64,000 bases of DNA from Lytechinus pictus (Eukaryota), in assembly GCF_037042905.1 (NCBI RefSeq), contig NC_087248.1, positions 6,572,001 through 6,636,000 of the forward strand, written 5' to 3'. The position numbers and the translations under genes were made by a program. The notes beneath the pieces are model-generated. The model worked only from the letters and a program-made list of their open reading frames with translations. It was not told where the DNA came from and did not search any database. This document shows, piece by piece, positions 40,804 through 53,280 of this stretch. Numbering within the stretch: the stretch's first letter is position 1; each line of letters starts with the position of its first letter.

Positions 40804-43800
40804 GTAAGAGTCCATGGCTGGCTATAGGACTTGGAGGATTAAAATTTGTCTACCCCAGAACACTTTCCTTTCTGTCAAGCCAAGGGTTCTATTTCCGCAT
40901 CCACTGGATGAACCGGTACAAAGGATGGGGAAGAAGATTATGGAGGAAAGCTCTTTGATGAAGAATCTAATCCATCCAGCTCTCTGATGAAGAACAGTTC
41001 TAATCCATCCTTCTTAAAGGCTTCTTGTAGTTTGTCTTTGATCTTGAACACCTTAATTAAGAATGCAGGTGGCAGCAAGTAGGAAATTCATTTAGGGGTA
41101 GGAATTATAAAATCATGTTTGCCAATTCTTATTTGGTTCAGGATCCGAAAGTGATCAGAATGTTATGTCTGAAACGGTGATATGTCAGGAGAAATGGGTT
41201 CATAAATAATTATTGTAATAACTTACGTGAACCTTAAGGTTTGATGTCCTTAAACCAAAGTATTTGAAAATTTATTGATTTTTTTTCACGATAGGCACAT
41301 ATCAGGGGAGGAGATAAACAAAGTCTTAAGGGCTATTTTTAGCATAGGCCTAGAATTTTACTCCAGTAAAATTGCTTCCCTGAAGAAAGATGAACTTTAT
41401 TTGGTATTGGTTAGATCAAAGTATGTGACAAGGCAGTTGGCACATTTTATGATAAATATTAATTTGATTTATGACCATACCATGTTAAAAAATGAGAGGG
41501 AAATCCAACAGGTTTTTAATTTGATAGCTTGTACTTCCTTATTGCTTTCAGTAATGAGATTGATGTTATTTTCCTTGACCTCATTCAGTTTATTTATCCC
41601 TGAATCTAGACCACATCAGTCACCCTGAATTGACCCTAAGAATGTTGCTCCTGTCACCTCTATCCATTCCACTTCACTCACCTTCTTTCTCTCAAATTAA
41701 TCTGCCTCAATAATTTCCTTTAAATCAATCACGTTTCGCTGGCCTCCAAAGCCACTCACCTTTTCCAGAATTCCTGAACCCTCAACTTTGTTGGATACAT
41801 GGGAATGTGTACTTAACACTTCATGAAAAGGCCATTGCTACGATTGATCTGTGAGTGATTTTACTATGAATTGGATTGGTGATCATGAAAAAGTACAGAG
41901 TGGTGTGACGTGAATCTGAGAAAAACAAGCAAGAGGCAGAGCTATTTGTCGTCTATTACTCGTATTCGTCTTCAGCCATGTGTGGTGTGATGAAAGGTAA
42001 AAATTGATTTCAGAATTAGCCGCACCGGAGCGCTTAATGCCTTATCAGCATTCCATGGGACAATAGGTGCTTGTTTATCACAGAAATATCATAAATTGCG
42101 CTCATTGAGCTCGAATCCTTGCACAACATCCAGCCCTTCCAGCCGATTACCATCGCACCATTTAGTGCCAATCTTCAATAGGGTTAACAGCCCGACACCC
42201 AGTGGTCTCATAAGCAATTAAACCAATTTGTTGAGATCTTCCATTCATTTTGTTATCATATACAATAGTAACGAGTTGATGGTGATTAGCATGCCTTGAT
42301 ATGATATTTGAGATGACGAGATGGTATTTGCACCCCTTTTTCTGGTGGAGGGGGGCTTGTATTGGGATCAAAACGTACCATTGTTGGCCTTTTAGCCCGA
42401 GGAAACTACCCCTAACTATATCATTAAAAGCAATCGATACAACGGACACAAGAAAAACAGCAGGCAAAAATAACCCTCCTTCTGCGGCCATTGAGCTAAT
42501 TGACAGATTTGTTTTCTGTAAAGCAGTCTACAACTGACATTTATTGATAAAACCACAAATTAGTTAACAATACAGTGCATATTTTTTCCTCTCAAAAATT
42601 GTGTTATTGACAAAAAAAATTGAACAGCAACATTAATCATACTGTTGAAGAGAAAAGTGTGAAAGAGTACAATTTTGAAACCAGGAAGTATACATTTTTA
42701 AACTTTTCACCAGTACTGTCATCAAATAATTTTTTATTTCATATATATGAAAGTGTGTTGACATTCTATTTGTAGAAAAGAAAAGAATTGGAAGATGAAA
42801 AATAACACCCTTCCATTTCAAAACTGATTCTATCTATTTGAGTTTTAAGAATATTATCAATTCATTAGTTATAACTTATTATGTTAAAAGTCTCGCACAA
42901 ATTTGAATTCCTGAGGTTTTGTCGTCAAGATAAGTCCTACATTAAATTTTGAATTGTCAGAAAGTGAAAGTTGGCCTTGTCATTCAGTATTGCCTTAGTG
43001 AAATGAAAGTGTTATTTCAAAAGTCATATGAATGCATTGCTGCATAGGAAGTATTTGAGGAAAATAAAGCTGTCTATTGGTATGCCTTATAAGTAGCATA
43101 ATGATAAGAAAGTTAGATGCTTCGAGCCCTGGCCTTCGTGACAACAATGCATTGAACAATGTACTTATTTCATCTGGGTTGGTACAAATGAAAGTGAAAG
43201 TTTTTGCACAATTTTTAATACAATCATACTTGTATGGGCAGGATCTCAAGATGATGAAGAGAAGCCAGTGATATTGTGTGCATAGCATAGTTGACTCATG
43301 TTATTCAAGCGTTCGTTTATACCATGAGCTACTTGAATGCCTGAGAGATTGGGATCTGTATGGCACTGTGAAGAACTCTTGGAAGACAAGATTGTAGAAT
43401 CGATTCAATATCTCGGCATGAAGTCCATAGCCTTTTCCCTCCCAGTTTGCACTGTCTTAGGTAATTAATTAACATCACATTCATGAATGTCCTTTAAAAT
43501 GGTGGCTCAACAGGGTTACACAAGTAAAGTTAAGATCCTCCATTTTGCCTCTCAGACAGGGGTCATAGGCTAATCCCCTGCTATAAACTCCTATTATTGA
43601 AAGGGGTGGATTGTGGCCCAATCAAGAAATGGGGGTTGTTGGGTCATTGGTTGTACAACTCCAGTGAGCTTTATGGTCCGTACACAGCTTGATGAATGAA
43701 TGCCTTGAGGCAATCTAATCATCCAGTCTTCTGGCAGAGGATAGTGTACCTGAGGCTTTGCAGTGGGCCATGCATGCTATACCATACCTCTCTCCTTGAT

Positions 43801-44158
43801 AGTAGGAGCATGGATGGAGTTCATGTGAGGAGGGCTGCTCAAGGCCCGGCCTGCAGAATGGAATAGACGGATGTTGCAGTAAATAATGTTCGGTACTGGA
43901 GGAGCTAATTTGATAACTGGTTCAATATTTCTTTCATTTTGATAATTCGTTGTTTGGATCTTCAAGATGTTATAAAAACTTTGAAATTACATTTAGTACA
44001 TGTCCAGTATCCCTGATGGTCTGACTAAATGGAATTAAGGAAAGACAATGGATTATATCTTATTTATGAGCTCTTGAAGCGCAGCTGGACAGGCATGATG
44101 GAAAGGTCAAGCTAGGTGAATGTTCACGGCAAATTGAATATTGTAGCACTGCTCTAGA

Positions 44159-44179
44159 ATGAATCCTGTGACACGGAAG
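44159..44179 (+). CDS. Candidate short alternative first exon, MNPVTRK
   Basis: ATG...AAG|GTAAGT (consensus donor), phase 0. Confidence 0.25.
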
Positions 44180-47100
44180 GTAAGTTTAGAAAGACATCTA
44201 TGTTCTTATACGATATTCAATTTGTTTCATTGACCTTGCGATCCAGCCACTACTTTCTAATCAACTTGATACCCTTTGGTAAGGATTCAACTGCAGAAGA
44301 ACTTTGTGATTTTTATCAGGAGAGGACACCAACAAGTCAAAATAAAGTTGCTTTTACCAGGTTTGTTATCGCATTGTTATGACATGGTATTTCCTTTGTC
44401 TGATAAATGTGAGAACCTGCGCTTTTATTATCATATCTCTTTGTTGATGGATATATAATCCTGTGTTTTGATCTTTGGGTCTTTGCTGATGTCTGCTTAC
44501 ATCAGGCGATCACATCACAGCCTCAAAGTACTACTATTTGAATTTACTGAAGTGAAGATAGTGTCTGGAACAAACTCCATTGCTTTATAACTATTTGATG
44601 GTAAGTGGAAGAAAGAGGCAACGGAAAGTAACTCTTGTGAGTATGATTCAAGCTGCTACAGTACATGGTAAATCTTTATTTTGAAATATATGTATTGTTT
44701 GTGAGAGGAACAAGTGTGATCATTATAATTGTGTTTTGTGTTGGGATAAATTTATCTGGCAACAACCTACACCATAGGCCTATCAGATGAGATCAGATGA
44801 AGATAATCGACATGATATAATGTGACAGTGTTTTTTTTATTAGATCATGAAATGAGAGTAAGCTCCTATGTTGCAAACTAAACTGCAATTATGGCAAGTT
44901 ATCCATTCCCAGTGAGCCCCCCCCCCCCCCCCGAAAAAAAAATCGTGTGAGAAGTAACCTCCAATCTCAGAGTAGGCTAAGTGCTTGTGAAGGATAGAAT
45001 CTTTGTAGTATGATACAGGATAAGGGGCTCAAATCCTCACGATAGGTCTTGTAAAAGGAAAGAAACCTTCAAAGTTTCAGCTCAACACATGAAGAATAGA
45101 TGGTTAGGCTCTTTGTAAATAAATAGTCCAACCTATTAGTTTTCTTGCGCCGCCGTTTTGGTGTGGTTTCCTCGGGGCTATCTCCACCCCTAAAGTTACT
45201 CCAGGAGTCCAGGGTCAGTAAATTGGGCCGTTAGATAAGCATGTGAATCGATATCACATGTATGATCATCAAGATAGGGTTATTGTGTAGTGCAGTTTGC
45301 CTAATTAGGCTTATATGACATGAATGTAGAATGTAAAAGGTGAATATCAACAATATCTATCTCCTTGGAATGCATCTATAGTATATGGTCTAAATGGAAT
45401 ATGTGTCTTTTTTTCTTCTATAATCATGCTCTGTTGACTATACTTTGAACATCTAAACATGTTCTAGGGTAATATTATTTTGTTAGAGTAAACTACACTT
45501 CAGTATTGAGCATTTAAATGAAGATAAAAGAAGAGGCTCATTCAAAATCTCATCAGAGAATTGTCTTTTTGCTGGTTGGCCCTTGTCAGCTTCAGACTCT
45601 TGTACTAGACATTTTATATTGACCATTAGAACAGAGACGGCCATTTATTTCATCCTCTTTTATACTTGTTCATGGTGAAAAGCAATTATTGGATTTCCTT
45701 GAGTGAGTTCCTTATAAACTTACTATCCTGATAGGTAATTTATAGAAGGTGAAAAGTTTATCAAGTTACTTTAGAATCATCCACTTGTTCAACCCCCCCC
45801 CCTTCTTTCTGTTAATGTAAGCCTTTCTTCACTGTGCCTACTGTTATTAAATGCCTTTTCCATCTACGGTCATTTTTTTTATTTCATGAAGTACCATGAC
45901 TACATGTCCATGATCATTGTGTTACCTGTTTCAATCATTTACATTTTTTAATCCCCAGGAACATTTAATTAAATTCAGGTGCCTGAATTTAAAAAAATGA
46001 AATGCATACTGTGCCATGTAAAGTAATTTAAATCTCATAGTTCTTGGACACAATTTAGTATAGACCTAGCGATATTACCAAGTACTGTAACTTTGTTTCT
46101 TGTTTCTATCAACTTAGATATACTTAGCGAACATGTCACAATTGTTCAGGCCTTTTACATTGAAATCATCATGAAAATTTGATTTTGGACCTGATTTGAA
46201 TATACCCGGAAGTGGGATAGAACTCAACATATTCACACAAAACTGAAATGGTGACAGTACCCTTTTCCCCAATCTATTTTTGTTTCTTGATTGGGTGGGT
46301 CACACATGCAGGGTCGAAGCGGACAAAAGCTGCACCAGAATAGAGGATGAGAATACATTGGACCAACAATGTACCAATCGCAGGAACAGCCGAAGGCACT
46401 GTTGAATTGACTCCTTCGTCAATCAGAAACCTTTTCTCATTCGAGTCATACATCTAGAGGCCATATCTTGCCATCGTTTAGAAAATTATCTCCAGAGATG
46501 AATCATTAATCATGGGATAATGTGTGCTGGTGTGAAGGGTTGTCTTGTTTGATCCATGGGTGTTGATTGTACTCAAGCTAGGTTCATTAGGGCTATGCAT
46601 GTATGTTGACTTGTATGGTGGTGTATTCACTCATGTGACGTCAGAAAGGGAATTGATGAATTGTGTCCAGGAGGAGAATGTGAGATGAGAAGAAAGCGAT
46701 GGGCTAAAGTTAGAGGGAGAAAGGGAATTGTTAATCAGTGATTGTAGACATAGATACTGTAGAGAGGGAGAGAGGAGGGGTCGATGACATACACATTAAC
46801 ATGAGTGAAGAATGGAGATGTTCATAAAATTAAAAAGAAAGTGAAAATGTAGGCAAAAGTAAAAAGATAGGCAAAGCATGGGCAAAGGCAACTCTTTGTA
46901 TAAAATGAGAGACAAGTAATCATGTCAGGCCTATGGTCCCGGGTCTATATTTAACTGTAAGTTTAATCTTATGGGGACTACAAGCTTACAAATTGTCAAT
47001 AATATTGTCTCTTGTTGCAAGCTTTCCTTATCCAGTCAGTTTTTTTTTTTTTTTTGTACATGAAAACTTTACAGAAGCACACATTTTCCCCCTGTAAATC

Positions 47101-49021
47101 AAAATGGGGGCTTCCAGTAATCCAGTTACATGTGAGCCTGCTGGATTAGTTGAATAATAATAATCCTCTACTTTAATTGAATGAATGGATCAAGCCCCTT
47201 TATATCAGGGACCTACCACAGTTTGTCAGTACTGCCCATTAGGTGGAGAATCAATGGATGTATTATCCCGGCATAAAATGAGTTAATCTCCATGATTATA
47301 TTGTGGATCTAAAAATACAACTTTGATGTCCATTGTATATAATGTTGATAAATGAATTGCCATCCAGGTTTCATTACTTTTAATCCACTTGACAATCCAT
47401 CCCCCTGTAGTCAGTCCTGGTTGAATTGGACATTTTTGGAAGTATTTAGGATGATTAAAAAAATAAACATTTCATCTTCGGAGGGTTCCTGCCTAGCCTG
47501 AAGACTAGTCAGGAATCTCTATAGAAGCAAATATATATGTAGATGAATTTTTTTGTTTATAGCTGCAGATTGTGGTTCTTTTAGGCAATCGATATTGCAT
47601 AGTGTTTTGATAATAAAGGATAATGTTCTCAAAGAAAGAAATCAAATAAAAGGATAAAATCATGGAAATCCATTACTGATGCTCCTAGAAAATCTGGATT
47701 GAAAATTATAATGCTTTGGAAACAGATTTTAATCTTGATTTATGTATTACACTGATTCAGTTATATCCTCATGACACATTTTATTGTGTTTCTACTATCC
47801 TTGAATGCCTTCAATGGAAATATATACTTTTGATAAATAGCAACCAAGGTTTCCACCAGTACCTGACGATAATTATTGAAGAGTTATATCAATAGTCAAG
47901 TTCAGAGGTTAATATTGTGGTCTGGAATTCCTTCACTCCACTTTGCACTGAAGCTGATCTCTTGGCTTGGTTTTGCGGCCAAGCTGATCCCCCATAACAC
48001 CCCCTCTGTTATGGCCCATGGGGCATAGTCCGTATCAGCGGTCTTTCACAATTCTGCATCTTTACACCGCTATGCGCTCTCTCACCAATTCAAACGTGGT
48101 TTCACTGTTCATGCTCAGTTGGTGGTTAACTCTGGGAGTGCACTGATGTGATAAGCATCAGTTGGTACATAGCAGCAAACACTATGCTAGTATCGCAGCA
48201 TTCGCTTCACCAGCATGCACTTACCAATCGTCCACTGAAGCTCTGACTTTACAACAGACTAGTATTTGTTTAGTGGAGGACTTGTGTCAATGGAAAGCAG
48301 TTTTTTCTTCCTTTTCTTGGAGTGCTATTTGCTGAAACGATAACCCAAAGCTTACCATTCTTGTCGGAGTATTTGCTCTGACCAAGTTGGTAGTTTTTAT
48401 AAAAGGAAAGAAGACTTCCACTAACGGTCCAGCATAATAAGGTGGTCTAATTATAGCGGTCAGTCGGCCGTGATGAGTGGTCAAGAGTGGATAACTTCCT
48501 TGAGGGTCTTCCCAAGTTACAGCTAATTCTACTGAGTGAAATGCAACCTACACAGAGACATGCATGCCTGAAGATTCACTCATTCAGCCATTAATCTCAG
48601 CTCTTGTGAAAGGTTCTTTCATTCCTTCAAGACTCTTTCATTTCTTCAAGAAATCAGGAACTATTTTCGCTTTTATTTGGCATTTGCATTCTTCAAGACA
48701 GCACTGAATCACATTTGCATTTCTTTCTGACGTTGCAAAAGGGAGTCAAAACATATTGCAATAGACTGTAAATTTGACTTAAAAGCTACCTGCCTGATTG
48801 TTTTTCGTCAGTTTGTTTGCATTCAACTCAAGCTGAAGGAGGAGGGATTGAAGGATTTATGTATTGATCACAAGACATATTAGTATCTAAAGGATTCTTT
48901 CTAACCAGTTCACTCAAAAGACTGCCTCAAAAAGACCGACGGCTATCTGCAAGGTGACATCTTCACTTCGATCTAACTTTTTTTAACCCTCCAAGGAAGA
49001 GGAAGAAAGTAAGATGCCATA

Positions 49022-49228
49022 ATGGATGCAGACATGCAGATGGAGACCTACGCTCTGGATGTACAAGTGCGTCAGATCCAGGAAGAGCGCACCCGCAGGA
49101 AGGGGGTTCACTGCATGAAAGGGTTAGAAGGTGTGAAGGAGGGTCGTCCAAGCTCTTGGTACCTGTTTAGCGGTCCAGTCGTGACCAAACAAAGACGACA
49201 TTCCGAGGGTTCAAGGCCTAGTGATCAG
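49022..49228 (+). CDS. Probable alternative first coding exon (69 codons)
   Basis: MDADMQMETYALDVQVRQIQEERTRRK...RRHSEGSRPSDQ; GC-rich and protein-like; CAG|GTCTGT donor in phase 0; no obvious acceptor just upstream. Confidence 0.65.
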
Positions 49229-50189
49229 GTCTGTCTTTTCATTAGTTCATTCTTGGCCTCATAATGCCCCAGGCGACGTATTTTTGTGAAGGGGAAGCTA
49301 TATTTGAAAATATCTCTATTCATTTCTTTATGAGGAATGAATGTCGGAACCCATTGAGTTGCAGTCACAGTAGATTTTCATATACAGGACTTGAATAATA
49401 ACGTGTTTGTGGATTTGTGGAATATTTCTCTTCCATTGAAAGCACAATTTCTTTGATGTCATTAAAAAAATATATATTTACTATATACCGATACTTTTTT
49501 CTCTCAATGTATGAATTGAATTCCGGTATTCACTTGATTAAGTCATTGCATATGTTTCAAAGCATTGATATACTCTCAAACAACCTTTGAAGGTTAACCG
49601 AGAATACATCCAAGTTGTTTGGCATATAAATATGTTTAGTGAGTCCTTTCTTATTAATATTTACCAAGACTTGTGTTGATTCTCACAGACCTTGCTACTT
49701 TTTTATTTGCTGAGGAAATCCATTCAAAATCTGACCAGCTTATCCAGATCATTTTGGAAGCTCAACAAGGGCAGCCTATATGGTGTATAAGTGACAGTAA
49801 ACCAGTAATTGCCGGATTTTAGTTTAATTCATATTATTATCAACATGATTACTCTACACACCTCTTTTTTTGCAGTAATTGTGGTGTTTATTATGAATGA
49901 AATTTATTGTTGAATGAAATGTGAGCTGACAAATGATGTCTTGGATTTGAAATGAATACATTCAGTTTTCTATATCTGACTCGACTTTGCCGGACTTGAG
50001 ATGAATATTCTGCGAAAATTGTAACCTCAGTGCATGATTTGATATGATTTTGAATTGATTTGCAGATGTAATCTGTGTATACCATGGTAATGCAAAACTC
50101 TTCAGATGGGTATTCTCCACTAATAGTCCATTCTATTCAATGGATAACAATTTAGTTGAAATAATTTTTATTTCATTGATATTTGTTAA

Positions 50190-50789
50190 AGGACAAGTCT
50201 CCCCCGACAAAAAGTTGATTTGAATAAAAAGAGAAAAATCCAACAATCATAACAATGAAAATTTCATCAAAATCGGATGTAAAATAAGAAAGTTATGACA
50301 TTTTAAAGTTTCACTTAATTTCACACAACAGTTATATGCACATCCTGGCCAGGATGCAAATGAGGGGACTGATGACATCACGCACTCACTATTTCTTTTG
50401 TATTTCATTATCTGAAATATGAAATATTCTGATTTTCTCACCCATGTTTGAAATCAAGCTTTATTCCTCCCTGTACTTGTGGAATTAACATTGTTTAACA
50501 TTATGTAGTTCAGTCAAGTTTTACATTATTGTCAATTCTGTATAAATTGAAATATTGTATAATTCAAACAATAAAAAACAAAAGAAATAGTGAGTGATGG
50601 ACATCATAGACTCTCGCATTTGCATATCACTGAGTTGTGCATATAACTGTTTTGAGAAAAATATGCGAAACTTTAAAATGTCATAACTTTCTTATTTTAC
50701 ATCCGATTTTGATGAAGTTTTCAGTGTTGTGCTTGTTAGATTTTTCTCTACTTATTCAAATCAACATTTTTCTGGGGTGGACTTGACCT
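50190..50789. mobile_element. TTAA-target (Kolobok-like) foldback MITE, 600 bp
   Basis: TTAA on both sides; AGG(A/T)CAAGTC termini; arms complementary for more than 200 bp, including CATCAAAATCGGATGTAAAATAAGAAAGTTATGACATTTTAAAGTTTC. Confidence 0.92.
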
Positions 50790-51170
50790 TTAATCACTGA
50801 TGTGTTTATTTTTCTAGGAATCTTTGCAGAATAAGGAATTTCCTGTATGATTCTCTATATTAGTGGTACATTATTGAATGTTGATTTAATACCAGAGGAA
50901 TTGAAAACCCAACAATTTCAAAACATCTTTGGTGAATGATGCCACAAGGGCTGCATTACACTTATTTTATCAGTTTTAATATTTCAACATTCTCATTTAA
51001 AACATTTGTTTATACATGTATTTGATAGAGGCTTAACTTCATCACCTAATTGGGGATATAGGATCATAAAAGATAAAACTTCTTGACTTTTGATAGAAAA
51101 TTGATAAAAAATGATGTTTTTTCAATATACATTAGTAAACCCATTTTTTTCTTTCTTTTTTTTACTGCAG

Positions 51171-51293
51171 GTACAACGTGTGTCACAGTATGACAAAGTG
51201 TTACATAATCTGCTTGAAGACAGCTCCAAGTCTAGGACCGGACACCCTCGGGACCATGAGAGTCTTCTAGATCCAGAACAAACTGTTAGAGAG
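51171..51293 (+). CDS. Internal exon resembling the C-terminal part (CR3/alpha6) of a Dbl-homology RhoGEF domain
   Basis: Long polypyrimidine tract + CAG acceptor, GAG|GTAGGT donor, 41 codons, phase 0-0. VQRVSQYDKVLHNLLEDS...GHPRDHESL resembles the DH consensus PVQRIxxYxLLLxxLLKxT...HPDxxxL. Confidence 0.8.
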
Positions 51294-52200
51294 GTAGGTC
51301 TGTGTATCCCTGGTCTAACGATAACCTTTAGTTAAGACTAAGGTATGGCTCTGTGACTATACAATGTTTTTCCTCTGGGGCCAGGATTCAAGTTTTTAGT
51401 AAAAACTCATCTTTCCTATTCTCCTTGTGAAAGGATAAGTATGTGAAATCGTAGTGTTAATGTTCAGTCACGATTACAATAGCAATCATCATTACAATGA
51501 TGATTCACGTGTGAAAAGGCCCTTTATGTATTGAGTTAGAAATGTATAGTTCATTATATTCTTTTAATGATAATGAAAGTGCTTTGGGGATATTATTTTG
51601 AAACCAGATTAAATGATGATGCACAGTTTTTCTCCCTACTCAACTTTTATATTTGTTTCTTCCGACTTGAATGAAGGCCTGAAATAGTAAAAACACTATC
51701 CTCTTCAAGTCCGATAAGTCAATATTTAATCCAGCCTGGTTACATTTAAAGGAGAGCATACAAATCCCTTTCTTCTCTGGTCAACTTTGAAACCGATTGA
51801 GTATTTGATGTAACCCCTACGGTCTGCTTGGTTATTGTCAGAGAGAGCCTGGTCTAAAGATTTTGACATGCTAGTGCAAAGCCATATCAGCCATAGAAAC
51901 AGCACAGTGGTTGAATCAATAGAAACTAGGAAACAAATTATTGACTTGATCCGTCAATCAATTTGTCTTTCATTTCCTCTAATGATTGGGACTGTAATAA
52001 AATGCATGCATTTGCTGAATTCACTGTAAACATTGATTCTGCATGCTGCAATGATGCAATTCCCAAAGTCTTATGAAGATTTATTTCTTTATAGGTCTTG
52101 TATATAATAGTCCTTAGCTTTATTTGCATATGTGATTACCTCATAAAGTTGCTGATTCACATCAGTTTCTCTTGCAGAAAAGTAGTTTAATCTTCAACAG

Positions 52201-53280
52201 TAGGTGGTTTCAGACCGCCTCGAAGTTCGCCAGTTCCAGGTATTCTCTGATCGGGAAATTTACCCCGATCAGAAAATACCAGGTATTTTGGCGGTCTGAA
52301 AGCAAACTACGCGTAATATCCCCGAAAGAAAATACCCGATAAATAGTAGGTACTTGGCGAAATTACGAGAACTTTCGCGGGGATTTTTCCAAGGTCGTGG
52401 GTATTTTGGCGGTCTGAAAGCAAATTACGGGAACTTTTAGCCCAGCGTGTCGTTGGGTGCGGCGCCGTGCATGGGTTGCTGCTGGGCTAGTGATTTTGAA
52501 TTTCGCGCCTTGCTGCTTATCAGACCATACTGCGCATGCTCGTAACTTCAGGAACTTATCCCGAAGGGTATGTTTCAGGGCGGTGTGAATGCAGGAATAA
52601 TTAAAGGGGAATCGAACCCAAATGAAAACTTGTTTTTACAAGGAAAAGAAAAATCAGACAAGTTGATAGGTGAAAGTTTGAACAATATTGAAGAAATAAC
52701 AAGAAAGTTATGATTTCTTTAAAGTTGTAAATATTGGTAATCACTATACCCATGGAGACTTCAAATTGGCCGCATATGGGATGTCATAGTGATGTAAGGC
52801 AAGGACTACTCTTCCATATACTCCAATACATATTTTGGCTAAAATGTCATTTTCCCCAAAAGTTTTATTTCAAATTATATTTTTCTTTCATGAGGACATA
52901 AAAAAAATATACTACCTGGGTTATATTTAGATTACTTCCCCAGGGGAATGGGTACTTAGGAGAAAACCACAAATCCCTAATAATAAAGTACATGGCCTAT
53001 GGGAAAGTTGTCCTTGCCCCTTGTCATAATTTACTTACAGAGTTGCCAATTTGAAATCTACATAGTATTAGTGATCTCAATTTTAAAGCAGCTATAATTT
53101 TTTTATTGCTTGTCCGATTTATTTCAAACTTTCACCATTCTGTTTAATTAATTTTTCTCCTTCCCAACACAACATTTTATGGCTAAGGCTGGATTCCCCT
53201 TTAATGGGTATTTTTCAGCCTAAAAAAGTTCTCGTAATTTAACGGGGATTCTTGTGATCGAGGCGGTTTGAAACCACCTA
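52201..53280 (+). mobile_element. Young MITE, copy 2 (interrupted by family B element)
   Basis: Same sequence as 13791-14270 (about 4 substitutions by eye) with a 596-bp insert plus duplicated TTAA. Confidence 0.92.
52605..53200 (+). mobile_element. TTAA-target MITE family B, copy 2 (nested)
   Basis: TTAA at 52601-52604 and 53201-53204; the host copy at about 14191 has a single TTAA (empty site). Confidence 0.95.
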
